Below, piece after piece: positions 1-9,350 of a stretch of 64,000 nucleotides of DNA; position 1 is the stretch's first letter; every line of letters starts with the position of its first letter. The notes below the pieces were generated by a model. It did no database searches, was not told where the DNA came from, and saw nothing but the letters and a program-made list of their open reading frames with translations. The position numbers and the translations under genes are program-made. The DNA comes from an uncultured Candidatus Saccharibacteria bacterium (lineage in GTDB: Bacteria; Patescibacteriota; Minisyncoccia; Phycocordibacterales; JACOZG01): contig OZ246403.1 of NCBI GenBank assembly GCA_965230925.1, positions 394,455-458,454 of the forward strand, written 5' to 3'.

Positions 1-1816
1 CCGGAACACCGAAGGTCAAAACCTTGGTGACTGTTTGCTGGGGCTCAAGGGTAAAAGTTCCCGCTTGGCTATAGAGCGTTTCCCAATTTTCGGGCAAATC
101 AAAGTCGAGAGTAAAAGTTGAATCAGCACAATTGACCGAGTCCTGATTCGTAACAGTTAAAATCACAGCGCCCACACCGGTCACCGCCACTTCTGACGAA
201 CTATTAACTTGCATCGTAGGCAAAGCACTAGTGCAAGTACCAGGGTTAAGGGTAACGTCGAAAATAATCCCCCCCTCTCCTGAGCTAATGACCGGACCGA
301 TCGTTAAACCAAGACCCTCGTCAACAAAAGGCGTCGCGCCAACGTTTAAAGTAACCTGGCGAGAATCAAAACTCCATGAGTTAGAGGTGTTTGGCGTAAG
401 ATCCAAGAGACGTGGATTGGGAATACTCAAAAATGGCTGTATGACGCGATTAATAAATAAGCCATGCTGATTTGGTTCAAAACCTGAATCATCAAGCTTG
501 GAGTCGAAACCAACTCCACGACGATATTCTAAGTAAAATGGCGGCGGCGTAACTCCTGAAGAGTTAGGGAATGAGATTTTAGCCGCACGAGAACCGCTTG
601 ATCCTTCCAAGGTCTTAAGCACATATCGACCAGACTGAGTAATGTTGAGCACCTCATTTCCAGTCAACCAGTTGAGATACGTTTTTGAGAAAGCATTGAA
701 GTGTGTGGCGAAGGCGCCAGTACCCATGGTGTCGAAAGGATTACCATATTCAATCACTTCACAGTTTCCGTATAACGTTTGATTACCACAATTCCACCCG
801 CTCGCATGGACCAAACCCAAGCCATGACCCAACTCATGGCTTAAAATGTGGTCAAAATTTGTCCAAGAAAAGGGCATCTCACTATACTGATCTGTATAAT
901 CCGCAAGATTACCAACAGCAGAAAGAGAAAAACGGTAAGTGTTTTCTCCAATAAGGATATTGTTTTTCCCGATACTAGACCAACCACCTAAAAAGCAAGG
1001 GTGTTGTACCAAAATCACAACCCGGTCATAGCGGGAAAAATCAATTCCGTCCTCAAGAAGGATGTTGTCCAACTCTCCCGGCGCCAATCCGTCATGACCC
1101 AAAGTAGGTCGGACACAACTACCGTTAACTAAACCCGGGCGTGGCAAGGTGTACCAACCTCGCACCTCACCGTCAAAACTCACCCGACCAGCAGATTGTT
1201 CTTCGAAGAAAGCAGCGGTGGTGCTGGCGAAAACTAATTGCTCAGCTGTGGCAAGATCAAAAACCGCCGGACCAGAATCAGTAAATTTAACGAGCAAAAC
1301 CAAGGTCTCCTGCTCGCCCACCGACTCAGGAAGAGGTAAAGGGTCAAGATGAACAAGCGACTGATCTTCTGGTTGACTCACCCACAAAGTATTGGCCGCG
1401 CGATAGCCACTCACTTGCACCCTAGTGCCAGAAGGCCAGGCAAGATTACCAGCTAATTCTAAGGTAACGCGAGCGCCATTATCTTGTTTCAATTCATAAT
1501 GGAAATACGATTCGGCTGTATTATCAAAATCATCAAAATGAGTAACTTCTAAAACACCCGTGAGGGTAACAGGCGTCCCAAGCACCGGGTCAACCCCTAA
1601 AGGTCGGGCAAGGGAGGCCGTGAGACCTGAGGGTTTAATCTTTACCCGAGAACTACCCCCGCCATCACTTGGTCGGGAGGGAGCTGGGGTAGCTGATTGA
1701 ACCTCTCTTTTTTCAACAGGTCGAAAGGATTCAACCGCCTCATGCCCCCAACTAAAATGAGGGATAATAAAACTAATACTTACCGCCACCAGCAAAAACA
1801 AGCTTTTGTTTTTCAT
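1..1816 (-). CDS. Secreted metzincin zinc metalloprotease (M11/M6-like), 3'-truncated by the window edge
   Basis: Not in the ORF track. ATG at 1816 and frame open to base 1. Signal-peptide-like MKNKSLFLLVAVSISFIIP, HELGHGLGLVH (806-838), EYGNPFDTMG Met-turn, beta-rich C-terminal part. Confidence 0.85.
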   Translation of the reverse strand, partial: MKNKSLFLLVAVSISFIIPHFSWGHEAVESFRPVEKREVQSATPAPSRPSDGGGSSRVKIKPSGLTASLARPLGVDPVLGTPVTLTGVLEVTHFDDFDNTAESYFHYELKQDNGARVTLELAGNLAWPSGTRVQVSGYRAANTLWVSQPEDQSLVHLDPLPLPESVGEQETLVLLVKFTDSGPAVFDLATAEQLVFASTTAAFFEEQSAGRVSFDGEVRGWYTLPRPGLVNGSCVRPTLGHDGLAPGELDNILLEDGIDFSRYDRVVILVQHPCFLGGWSSIGKNNILIGENTYRFSLSAVGNLADYTDQYSEMPFSWTNFDHILSHELGHGLGLVHASGWNCGNQTLYGNCEVIEYGNPFDTMGTGAFATHFNAFSKTYLNWLTGNEVLNITQSGRYVLKTLEGSSGSRAAKISFPNSSGVTPPPFYLEYRRGVGFDSKLDDSGFEPNQHGLFINRVIQPFLSIPNPRLLDLTPNTSNSWSFDSRQVTLNVGATPFVDEGLGLTIGPVISSGEGGIIFDVTLNPGTCTSALPTMQVNSSSEVAVTGVGAVILTVTNQDSVNCADSTFTLDFDLPENWETLYSQAGTFTLEPQQTVTKVLTFGVP

Positions 1817-1823
1817 CGCCGCC

Positions 1824-1852
1824 AGCATACAGGAAAACGCTATTTATGTCAA
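1824..1852 (-). promoter_or_regulatory. Sigma70 promoter, leaderless, for the metalloprotease
   Basis: TTGACA-17 bp-TATGCT, then 7 nt to the ATG; no SD. Confidence 0.75.
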
Positions 1853-1863
1853 GCACAAGACGC

Positions 1864-2271
1864 CTAAAAACCCGTCTGACTACCGAAAAAACGCTTAATA
1901 TCAGCCACAATTTCCTCGAGGCGAAAATTGGCTTTGAGGTAGTATTTATCAATCTTTAACGCTCGATACTTAGCAATAGTTTCTTCATTGGTACTATTTG
2001 AGACCACGAAGGCCGGCGTAGCCTTACGCTTCTCATCGCTCCGCACCCGCTTAAGAAAATCGAGACCGGTCTTATCGCCAAGAAGGTAGTGGTCAAGCCA
2101 GACCAGATCAATCACCTCCTCCTCTTTAATCAGATACTCTTCCGCTTGATCGAAGGTTCGCGCCGTAAGCACGCTGTAGCCCTCGCGCTCGAGCTTGTCT
2201 TTAATCGCGCGCAGAAGAAGCATGTCGTCCTCGAGAAGCAAAATTGTTTTTTTGATTACAGGGTTTTCCAT
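1864..2271 (-). CDS. Stand-alone response regulator receiver (CheY-like)
   Basis: LLLEDD acidic pocket, DLVWLD phospho-Asp, VSN, YYLK. Confidence 0.9.
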   Translation of the reverse strand: MENPVIKKTILLLEDDMLLLRAIKDKLEREGYSVLTARTFDQAEEYLIKEEEVIDLVWLDHYLLGDKTGLDFLKRVRSDEKRKATPAFVVSNSTNEETIAKYRALKIDKYYLKANFRLEEIVADIKRFFGSQTGF

Positions 2272-2274
2272 AAT

Positions 2275-3384
2275 TTAAGATAGTTCTTTAATCCCCTCTT
2301 TCTTCACCATACCAGTAAGTGGCAACCGGATGGTAAACGTGGTCCCCTTCCCCTCGAGCGAATCAAAGCTAATGAGACCACCGGCGCTGTCTACAATAGA
2401 CTTCACAATATATAAACCCAAGCCCGTCCCTTCCGCTTCTCTCTCTTTAACATTATCGGAGCGGAAGAGCTTCGTAAAGACACGGGCGCGATCGGAGGCC
2501 GGGATACCAAAACCGGTGTCGGTAACCCGGAGCACAATCGCCGTCGGCTCGCGCAACAGATAGAGCGTAATCGTGCCATCAACCGGGGTATACTTCACCG
2601 CGTTCGAGAGCAGATTCTGAAAAATGATGCGCACCAAACGCGGATCAGCATTAATGAGCCCGAGGTCAGGGTCATAATTTTTCTTCACCTCAATATTCTT
2701 GCTGGAAATCCCAGGAACAAGCTCAGCCACCACACTGTCGGCGATCTCGGCAAGATTGGTGGGTTCCGGTTCAATGGCAAAGCTCCCCAGATCAATGCGC
2801 GAGACGTTGAGCAGAGCATTCACCAACTCAACCATCCGGCGATTGGCCTCGTATAGACTTTCTAAATATTCTTTCTGCTTCGGATTAAGCTCACCCACTT
2901 CACCAGAGAGCAACATCTCACCATACCAACTAATCGCCGAGAGTGGAGTGCGAAGCTGATGTGAAGCGAGCGAGACGAATTCCGTCTTGGCCTGATCAAC
3001 TTCCTTTTCCTTAGTAATATCGCGCAAAAGGATAATCGCGCCGTTGACGGTTTGACCCCGCAAGAGCGGCGCAATCATCATTGAGACTGGGAGCATCTGA
3101 CCTTGGCGATTCTTGAGATAAATATTGTCGACAAAACTAATCGAGACAATATTCTTATCACGGATCGCCTTTTCGACCGGCACCTCTTCTGGTATCACCG
3201 CTTCCTTGCCTTTAAAAAACTGAAAAACAGAGTCGAGTGCTTGCCCCACCGCTTCTTGTGGCGCGAAACGCAAGAGCACGCCAGCAGCCTGGTTCATCAA
3301 AATAATTTTACGATCATTATCAACCACCACCATCCCCTCAGCCATGGAGGAAAGAATCGCATTTACCTGATCACTCGGAATCAT
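2275..3384 (-). CDS. Cytoplasmic PAS-domain sensor histidine kinase
   Basis: PAS N-terminus, SHQLRTPL H-box, NLLSNAVKY, DTGFGI, GTGLGL. Confidence 0.92.
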   Translation of the reverse strand: MIPSDQVNAILSSMAEGMVVVDNDRKIILMNQAAGVLLRFAPQEAVGQALDSVFQFFKGKEAVIPEEVPVEKAIRDKNIVSISFVDNIYLKNRQGQMLPVSMMIAPLLRGQTVNGAIILLRDITKEKEVDQAKTEFVSLASHQLRTPLSAISWYGEMLLSGEVGELNPKQKEYLESLYEANRRMVELVNALLNVSRIDLGSFAIEPEPTNLAEIADSVVAELVPGISSKNIEVKKNYDPDLGLINADPRLVRIIFQNLLSNAVKYTPVDGTITLYLLREPTAIVLRVTDTGFGIPASDRARVFTKLFRSDNVKEREAEGTGLGLYIVKSIVDSAGGLISFDSLEGKGTTFTIRLPLTGMVKKEGIKELS

Positions 3385-3402
3385 AGACTAGAGATTATAT
3401 AT

Positions 3403-3433
3403 AAAAAGCGCCCGCCAATCCATATTGGCGGGC
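3403..3433 (-). terminator. Rho-independent terminator
   Basis: GCCCGCCAAT-ATGG-ATTGGCGGGC stem followed by GCTTTTT. Confidence 0.75.
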
Positions 3434-4047
3434 TACTCAACGGGAGAACCATTGGTTACCGGTTCAGGGAATTGATCCGGGGAGAGAAGGAGCAAGGGCA
3501 CACAGTACAGCTGACCCCCTTGCTGCACAATGAAAACATGCTCCTCGCTGCTTTGGTTAAACAAAAGGTACGAAGCCTCTCTAAAGGTAATTGGCTCGTG
3601 ATTTTGCTTACCCAAACAACCCATTCGAGAGATCGGGAGAGCCGTCACGTCGGCAGGAAAACGATATTGCCGAAGATGTTCTAATTGCCCAGAAATCAGC
3701 TGATTGGTGTGACGACCAAAATCGAATCTCAACCAGCGCCTCGTGGTGTCCCACAAGATATTGGTCTTCGTTGGTAATTGGTCTTAGGAACCAAACACCA
3801 ATGCCACCAATATGCTTCCTCCATCTATATCCACCTCGAAAACATAGTCATTGAAACGAGGGCGACGATGGAGAAAAAGCGCTTTCTGAAACTCAATCTG
3901 GCGAGGTGACTGGACATACAAGTCCACCAAAGGCACCTCCTTACGGACAACGGGAAAGTGGTAATACTTACCCCGCCGAAAATGGCTCCCACATTGATCA
4001 TTAAACTCCCTTGCCGATGATCCCAAAGACCAGTATGGTAATGGCAC
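3433..4047 (-). pseudogene. Orphan gene (~204 codons) interrupted by one in-frame TAA at 3784-3786
   Basis: SD AAGGAGGTGA 6 nt before GTG 4047. ORFs 3784-4047 and 3433-3756 share a frame with a single stop between them. A terminator follows. Confidence 0.55.
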
Positions 4048-4104
4048 TTTGCATCACCTCCTTCCATCCTAGAGCCTAACAAGAATCAGCTAAAAGTAAA
4101 CCTG

Positions 4105-4187
4105 TGCGCGGGAGAGGACTTGAACCTCCATGCCCAAAGGGCGCTACCACCTCAAGGTAGTGCGTCTGCCAATTTCGCCACCCGCGC
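4105..4187 (-). tRNA. tRNA-Leu(GAG)
   Basis: GCGCGGG/CCCGCGC acceptor, CTACC-TTGAGGT-GGTAG anticodon arm, long variable arm, GGTTCAAGTCC; no CCA. Confidence 0.95.
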
Positions 4188-4202
4188 GTATTTAATTGAG
4201 AC

Positions 4203-4625
4203 TTAGGCCGCGACTTCTGCTGCTACTGGCTCGGCTTCCGCCTTCGCCTCTTCGGCCACAATCATCTTCACGGCCTGCTCGCCCATCTTGCGGCGAATCT
4301 CCTTCGCCGACTTGGTCCGGATGTAGTATAGCTTGGACCGACGAACCTTAGAAGATCGGAGGACTTCGATTTTATCAATATTAGGAGAATAGAGTGGGAA
4401 AATTTTCTCCACGCCCACGCCGCTCGCCACCTTGCGGATCGTAAAGGTTCCACCTGCCTCGCCGCCGTGTTTGCGCGCAATAAGAAGACCCTCGAAGGCC
4501 TGGAGCCGCGTCTTATCCTTCTCTTTAATCTTCTGCCAGACGCGCACAGTCTGACCCGCGCGAAGGTCTAAGCCTCGGCGAGCCTCAATATCCACGGGGG
4601 AAATAATGACTTGGCGGGTATTCAT
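4203..4625 (-). CDS. rplS: 50S ribosomal protein L19
   Basis: [38 protein letters not shown]; start placed at ATG 4625. Confidence 0.96.
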   Translation of the reverse strand: MNTRQVIISPVDIEARRGLDLRAGQTVRVWQKIKEKDKTRLQAFEGLLIARKHGGEAGGTFTIRKVASGVGVEKIFPLYSPNIDKIEVLRSSKVRRSKLYYIRTKSAKEIRRKMGEQAVKMIVAEEAKAEAEPVAAEVAA

Positions 4626-4641
4626 AAGCCCTAGCAAATTA

Positions 4642-5322
4642 TCACAAGGCCCGAAGATAATCAAGCGTGGCTTGGAAATCGGGGGGTAATTCAGCCTCAA
4701 ACTTATTCCGCCCACCACTTGGTAACGAAATCTCAAGACTTGCCGCATGCAAAGCCAAACGCCCCATCGAGGGTAAACATTCACGCTTCGGCGCATACAA
4801 ATGATCGCAAATAATCGGGTGGCCGAGCGCCTTCAAGTGCACCCGTAGCTGATGTGTCCGCCCCGTTTTGGGCCAAAGGTCGAGATAATCATAGTCTTCT
4901 TGCCCGACACCGCGGCGGGTAAAAGTCTCCAAAACTTCGTAACTCGTACTCGCCTCTCGCAAGGGCGGCTTCGCTTTCTCATCAGCCAAACGCAAAAAGG
5001 TGCGCTTGGGGTGCCGACCAATAGGCAAATTAATTTCCCCAGTTTTATCTTTCAAATTCCCATACACAATGGCGCGATAATTCTTCGCCAAAGTTCTCGC
5101 TTGGAATTGCTGCTTCATAAAATCATGCGCCGCCTCACTCTTCGCGAGCACCAGAACGCCGCTTGTCTCGCGATCAAGCCGATGTACCAAGCGACAACCG
5201 GTAAAATAATCGAGTACTGTCTTAGCAACCTGGCGGGCCTCGCCCGTCGGCTGTGTTAACAAGCCGGAGGGTTTATTAATCACCACCACATCAGCGTCTT
5301 CATAAATAATTTTGGGCTGCAT
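4642..5322 (-). CDS. RluA/RluD-family pseudouridine synthase
   Basis: [30 protein letters not shown]. Confidence 0.93.
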   Translation of the reverse strand: MQPKIIYEDADVVVINKPSGLLTQPTGEARQVAKTVLDYFTGCRLVHRLDRETSGVLVLAKSEAAHDFMKQQFQARTLAKNYRAIVYGNLKDKTGEINLPIGRHPKRTFLRLADEKAKPPLREASTSYEVLETFTRRGVGQEDYDYLDLWPKTGRTHQLRVHLKALGHPIICDHLYAPKRECLPSMGRLALHAASLEISLPSGGRNKFEAELPPDFQATLDYLRAL

Positions 5323-5327
5323 AAATT

Positions 5328-6011
5328 TTATTTCCCCTTTCTCCTCTCCCTCCCATTATAATCCTCCAAAATTTGGAAAAACTCATCGCGGGTGAGGGCG
5401 GGCCAGAGGGTTGGGGTAAAAGCGAGTTCGCTGTAGACAGTTTGCCATGGGAGGAAGCCAGATAAACGTTGCTCACCGCTGGTTCTAATTATTAAATCTG
5501 GGTCGGGAACACCGGCGGTCCAGAGTGCGTTTGAAAAATCTGCTTCGGTGGGATTGGTTATTTTTTGATTTATCAACTTTTTTGTCGCGGCCAAGATTTC
5601 CGCCCGGCCGCCATAGGAAAGAGCGAGAACTAAAGTGAGCCTCTTGTTGTTCTTAGTTTTTTCCTCAGCTTCAACAATAAGTTTCTGTAGTGACGGGCTA
5701 AATTTTTCTCGTTGACCAATACAGCGCACCCGCACCCCGTCGCGTAATAAAATTCCAAGCTCGTGAGTCAAAACAAATTTAAACAATTTTAAGAGATACG
5801 TCACTTCCGGTTTCGGCCGTTGCCAGTTCTCAGTCGAAAAAGCGTACACGATCACACTCGCAATACCCGCTTCTTCCGCCCAACGACACAGCTCTTTCAG
5901 TTTTTCATAACCTTTTCGATGGCCCTCAAGCAAAGGCAAATTATGCTCCCGCGCATAGCGCCGATTGCCGTCCATAATAATGCCGAGGCATTTGATCTCT
6001 TGTGTAGCCAC
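5328..6011 (-). CDS. uppS: Undecaprenyl diphosphate synthase
   Basis: IMDGNRR, YAFSTENW, DPDLIIRTSGEQRLSGFLPWQ. Confidence 0.96.
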   Translation of the reverse strand: MATQEIKCLGIIMDGNRRYAREHNLPLLEGHRKGYEKLKELCRWAEEAGIASVIVYAFSTENWQRPKPEVTYLLKLFKFVLTHELGILLRDGVRVRCIGQREKFSPSLQKLIVEAEEKTKNNKRLTLVLALSYGGRAEILAATKKLINQKITNPTEADFSNALWTAGVPDPDLIIRTSGEQRLSGFLPWQTVYSELAFTPTLWPALTRDEFFQILEDYNGRERRKGK

Positions 6012-6023
6012 AATCTTAGAACT

Positions 6024-7967
6024 TTAAGACTGCCAGTTTAGAGACACATTGTCGATAAGTAAACGATCGCTGTTTAGTCCACCTCCATTTTCCGCCGCAT
6101 AATTAGCAAAACGTAAATAAAGTTTGTCTCCAAGATTCAGGCCAAATTGAGTGAGAAGTTCATTGAGATTAATAGATCGAGATGACCAAGCAAGACTAGT
6201 AGCACTCAAGTCGGTGGCTCGATACCAAGTAATTCCGTCGAGACTAAAAGCTAAACCGTCACCCCAATTTGCAGGGTTCGTAAGTTCGAGTGTCCCAGGA
6301 CCATTTGGTAAAAGTGGGTTCGCCACGTGATCACTTTCCGGCGTTCGATAATCAAAGTTGATCAAGAGATCGCCCACATGCTCTATCTTAAACTCCAGAT
6401 CAGCAGCAGCGATACCATCACCAAAGGCGGAATTTCCCCAGCGTGAAAGTTCGATATAAGACGGGCCACCAGCGACACCTAAACTATCTTTGCTGTCAAT
6501 TCTAATCCGACCGGAATCGTTGGTTCGCATCTGCCACCACGATTGGAATTGCGACACTTCTTTGTTTTCTAAATTATCGCTAAATGAAAGTGGCGCCGTC
6601 CCAGCAATTAATAACTTACCGCGATACACCACTTCCCCCTGCGAACTCACTGCACGAACAACAAGCGGCGACACTTGCGCTGGACCTTCAGCGCTCGGAG
6701 TAAAAGTTAAAACTCCCGAACTCGAGTTAATCTGCGCACCAGCCGGAGCGTTCACTAAACTATAGTTTACCCCGCTCCCCTCACCGAGAGTTTGAAAATC
6801 AAATTGATACGCCGTGCCACGAGCAATTGGGCGCCAATCAAGTGGCACATTTGTAAAATAAGGTGGCAAATTGGTGAGACCGAGCAATGGGTGCGTAAGT
6901 GAGCGCGCCAGGTTGAGATTGCCGCAACCATCTTCATCACCACCAGCCAGATCATCGTGATCAGTAGCACCCGAGCAAAGCACGGTCTTAGCTTCCGCGA
7001 GAGTAAGATCTGGCTTCAAGCTAAACAGTGTGGCAAGAGCACCAGCGGCGAGCGGCCCAGCGGATGACGTACCACCAAACCAGCGATATAAATTATTTTG
7101 CCCATTATGCTTCCACCAAGGCACCACAATTTCACCACCCGGTGCGAGAAAATCAACTTGTTTAAAATTTGGATTAGACTCGTAATCGCTAAATGGTCGG
7201 CGCACTCCAGCCTGATCATGCGCCCCCACCGCAAAGACATTGGGGTGGCCTGCAATATCGCCAATGAGGTTATCGTCATAATCATTCCCGGTAGGAATCA
7301 CCACCGCAACACCAGCGCTCGACGCATTTTGGAGCGCGACGTAGAGCGGACTACCGGGCGAGATCGGCACGTGTTCCATATTAATAAGAATTACTTTCGC
7401 CCCCCACTCTACCGCATAGTTAACAGGTCCGACAATTTGACTGGGATTATTGGTCGTGAGGCGGCAAATAAAAAGTGGAAACTGATGAAAACCGTAACTG
7501 CCACGACTATTACCCGCAAGTGCCGTAATGAGACCGGCGCTTGCCGTACCGTGGCCATTATCATCACTCATTGGCTGAAGATCGCAAAAACTATCTGCGG
7601 TATTATAAGAAAGATTAAGCCCGGACAACTCTTCATGTGTAGCATTAATACCAGTAGAAATAATCGCCACCTTAACCGGAGAAATTTCCGGATGAGCAGC
7701 TAAATAACTACGAACCGCGGGTACTCCCAAAGATTGTTGCGCCCAGTCGTTATAAGGATCATTGGAACCATTATCTCGCGAAAATATTTGGAGAAGAGGT
7801 TGATTGATGGACGACTTGGGTATTACTTGATTGGAAGCGGCCAGATACTCTTCGAGTCCCCCCAGGTAGGCAAGCTCGCGACGCAAAGTGATGGCCAAGT
7901 AAAATGCGTGTAGCGTAACAATAACGAGAATTAATAAAAAAATCTTCTTCTGTGCGTCTTCTGACAT
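6024..7967 (-). CDS. Membrane-anchored S8 subtilisin-like protein with Ig-like and beta-sandwich domains; catalytic Asp position is Ser
   Basis: VAIISTG, NGHGT, PTGN, GTSSAGP; N-terminal TM; TATAAT 7 nt before ATG 7967. Confidence 0.85.
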   Translation of the reverse strand: MSEDAQKKIFLLILVIVTLHAFYLAITLRRELAYLGGLEEYLAASNQVIPKSSINQPLLQIFSRDNGSNDPYNDWAQQSLGVPAVRSYLAAHPEISPVKVAIISTGINATHEELSGLNLSYNTADSFCDLQPMSDDNGHGTASAGLITALAGNSRGSYGFHQFPLFICRLTTNNPSQIVGPVNYAVEWGAKVILINMEHVPISPGSPLYVALQNASSAGVAVVIPTGNDYDDNLIGDIAGHPNVFAVGAHDQAGVRRPFSDYESNPNFKQVDFLAPGGEIVVPWWKHNGQNNLYRWFGGTSSAGPLAAGALATLFSLKPDLTLAEAKTVLCSGATDHDDLAGGDEDGCGNLNLARSLTHPLLGLTNLPPYFTNVPLDWRPIARGTAYQFDFQTLGEGSGVNYSLVNAPAGAQINSSSGVLTFTPSAEGPAQVSPLVVRAVSSQGEVVYRGKLLIAGTAPLSFSDNLENKEVSQFQSWWQMRTNDSGRIRIDSKDSLGVAGGPSYIELSRWGNSAFGDGIAAADLEFKIEHVGDLLINFDYRTPESDHVANPLLPNGPGTLELTNPANWGDGLAFSLDGITWYRATDLSATSLAWSSRSINLNELLTQFGLNLGDKLYLRFANYAAENGGGLNSDRLLIDNVSLNWQS

Positions 7968-7977
7968 AGGGTTTATT

Positions 7978-8015
7978 ATAAAACAAATCTCCCCCAACCG
8001 TCGCCGGTTAGGGGA
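7978..8015 (-). terminator. Terminator after the PEP-CTERM gene
   Basis: TCCCCTAACCG-GCGA-CGGTTGGGGGA followed by GATTTGTTTT. Confidence 0.65.
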
Positions 8016-8045
8016 AAAGTGAACTATCTTGTTTGTTTGGATTGT

Positions 8046-8645
8046 TTAGCGTCGTCGCCTGCTGATGAGACAGCCAGCACCGACAAACATCAAGGTGAGC
8101 GTGGCTGGCTCGGGAACGATCGTGAAATCTGACGTGATGGTTCCAACGAAGTTCACCTCGACAACAAACAAATTGTCGTCAAGAAACTGAATGGTAAAAT
8201 CACTTTCGCTCAGATTCAGCTCCCCACCCGCAATCATTTTGACTTTGTTTTTGACCTCAGTGATCGATGGATCACCAACAAACTCGGAATATGACGCTTG
8301 GAATTGCAGCGGAGGATCGAGGAACAAAAATGTCCCATCACCAAGAGGTATCTCGGGAACGGTAATAGTCTGACCACCACCCGCTCCATGAGGAACCTGA
8401 TCACCCCCCAGTTCACCAAGATTAGCAAAGGTGAACTCGAAATCTCCCACGTTACCAGGAACTGGACTCTCGGCTGGCGTGACAGACAAGAAGGTGTCTG
8501 AACCTTGAGGATCAAACTCCCCCACAATCCGAGCAACTAACTCACTGTGATCACCGTCGAGAGAAATGAATATTGGGCCCGCCCAGGACAGCTGGGGCAG
8601 TGACAGCGTTGTCAGCAAAGCCGACAAAACAAAGCATCTACTCAT
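8046..8645 (-). CDS. PEP-CTERM sorting-domain surface protein
   Basis: Signal peptide; C-terminal VPEPATLTLMFVGAGCLISRRRR; SD AAGGAG. Confidence 0.88.
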   Translation of the reverse strand: MSRCFVLSALLTTLSLPQLSWAGPIFISLDGDHSELVARIVGEFDPQGSDTFLSVTPAESPVPGNVGDFEFTFANLGELGGDQVPHGAGGGQTITVPEIPLGDGTFLFLDPPLQFQASYSEFVGDPSITEVKNKVKMIAGGELNLSESDFTIQFLDDNLFVVEVNFVGTITSDFTIVPEPATLTLMFVGAGCLISRRRR

Positions 8646-8674
8646 GGAAAGAACTCCTTAAAAAGCCTGCCGAT

Positions 8675-8703
8675 AGACTAGCAGGTTTATAGAAAAATGT
8701 CAA
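8675..8703 (-). promoter_or_regulatory. Sigma70 promoter of the PEP-CTERM gene
   Basis: TTGACA-17 bp-TAGTCT with TG extension. Confidence 0.7.
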
Positions 8704-8707
8704 ATAG

Positions 8708-8823
8708 GTGGACGATGCAGGACTCGGTCACAACTCGCCGCGTGCTCACGGCGGTCGCGACCCCATCTCCCTCGCCTCCGCTCGGTCCGACCTTCGAGTC
8801 CTTGAGGGTGGCAATAAATATAT
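8708..8823 (-). mobile_element. tRNA-Val-linked structured mini-element ending in a duplicated tRNA 3' end
   Basis: 19-bp direct repeat gtggacgatgcaggactcg at 8708-8726 and 8824-8842; nested stems inside. Confidence 0.7.
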
Positions 8824-8824
8824 G

Positions 8825-8897
8825 TGGACGATGCAGGACTCGAACCTGCGACCTTCCCGGTGTAAACGGGTTGCTCTACCAACTGAGCTAATCGTCC
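8825..8897 (-). tRNA. tRNA-Val(TAC)
   Basis: GGACGAT/ATCGTCC acceptor, CCCG-TTTACAC-CGGG, GGTTCGAGTCC. Confidence 0.95.
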
Positions 8898-8915
8898 TTC
8901 TTTAAACTCACCTAA

Positions 8916-8987
8916 TGCCCTCGGTAGGAATCGAACCTACATATCCGGCTTAGAAGTCCGGAGTTCTATCCATTGAACTACGAGGGC
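8916..8987 (-). tRNA. tRNA-Arg(TCT)
   Basis: GCCCTCG/CGAGGGC acceptor, anticodon loop CTTCTAA, GGTTCGATTCC. Confidence 0.94.
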
Positions 8988-9019
8988 AAATTAAATCAGA
9001 ACAGTTACAACCTAGCAAA

Positions 9020-9349
9020 CTACCGGCTTGGGTCAATGACGGTGGGCGGCGTTTGGCGGACCGCCTCAAGCTCGGTTTCCTTAGCGGCAATCTGATCAAT
9101 TACCTGACGAATCAGGTTCTGATCAACCACCCGCACCACCTCCGCCGAAGATTCACTTGCCGCCATTTCCTCTAAACTAATGAGTTCGGCAAAAAGAAAA
9201 TATGAAGCGAGAAAAACTCCAAAAAGCAGGAGGGAAAAGAAAATCACAATCACCTGCCAATCACGCGCCGGGTGGAACTCGCGTTTGGATTTATCTTCGC
9301 CCTTAATTTTAATTTTCCCCTGGGGAGATTTTTTCTTGAAAAGATTCAT
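9020..9349 (-). CDS. Small membrane protein ending the pilMNO operon
   Basis: Single TM; tightly coupled to the upstream pil genes. Confidence 0.65.
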   Translation of the reverse strand: MNLFKKKSPQGKIKIKGEDKSKREFHPARDWQVIVIFFSLLLFGVFLASYFLFAELISLEEMAASESSAEVVRVVDQNLIRQVIDQIAAKETELEAVRQTPPTVIDPSR

Positions 9350-9350
9350 A

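Noticed and set aside
3784-3786. Stop-codon reassignment (code 25 or TAA readthrough)
   Set aside because: TGA, TAA and TAG all terminate conserved genes at expected ends (TGA in pilM, ruvB and pcrA); Trp and Gly codons are standard.
4626-4796. N-terminal extension of L19
   Set aside because: Overlaps rluA; ATG 4625 gives a normal L19.
8697-8905. Three short ORFs
   Set aside because: They overlap tRNA-Val and its duplicated 3' end and are translations of RNA structure.
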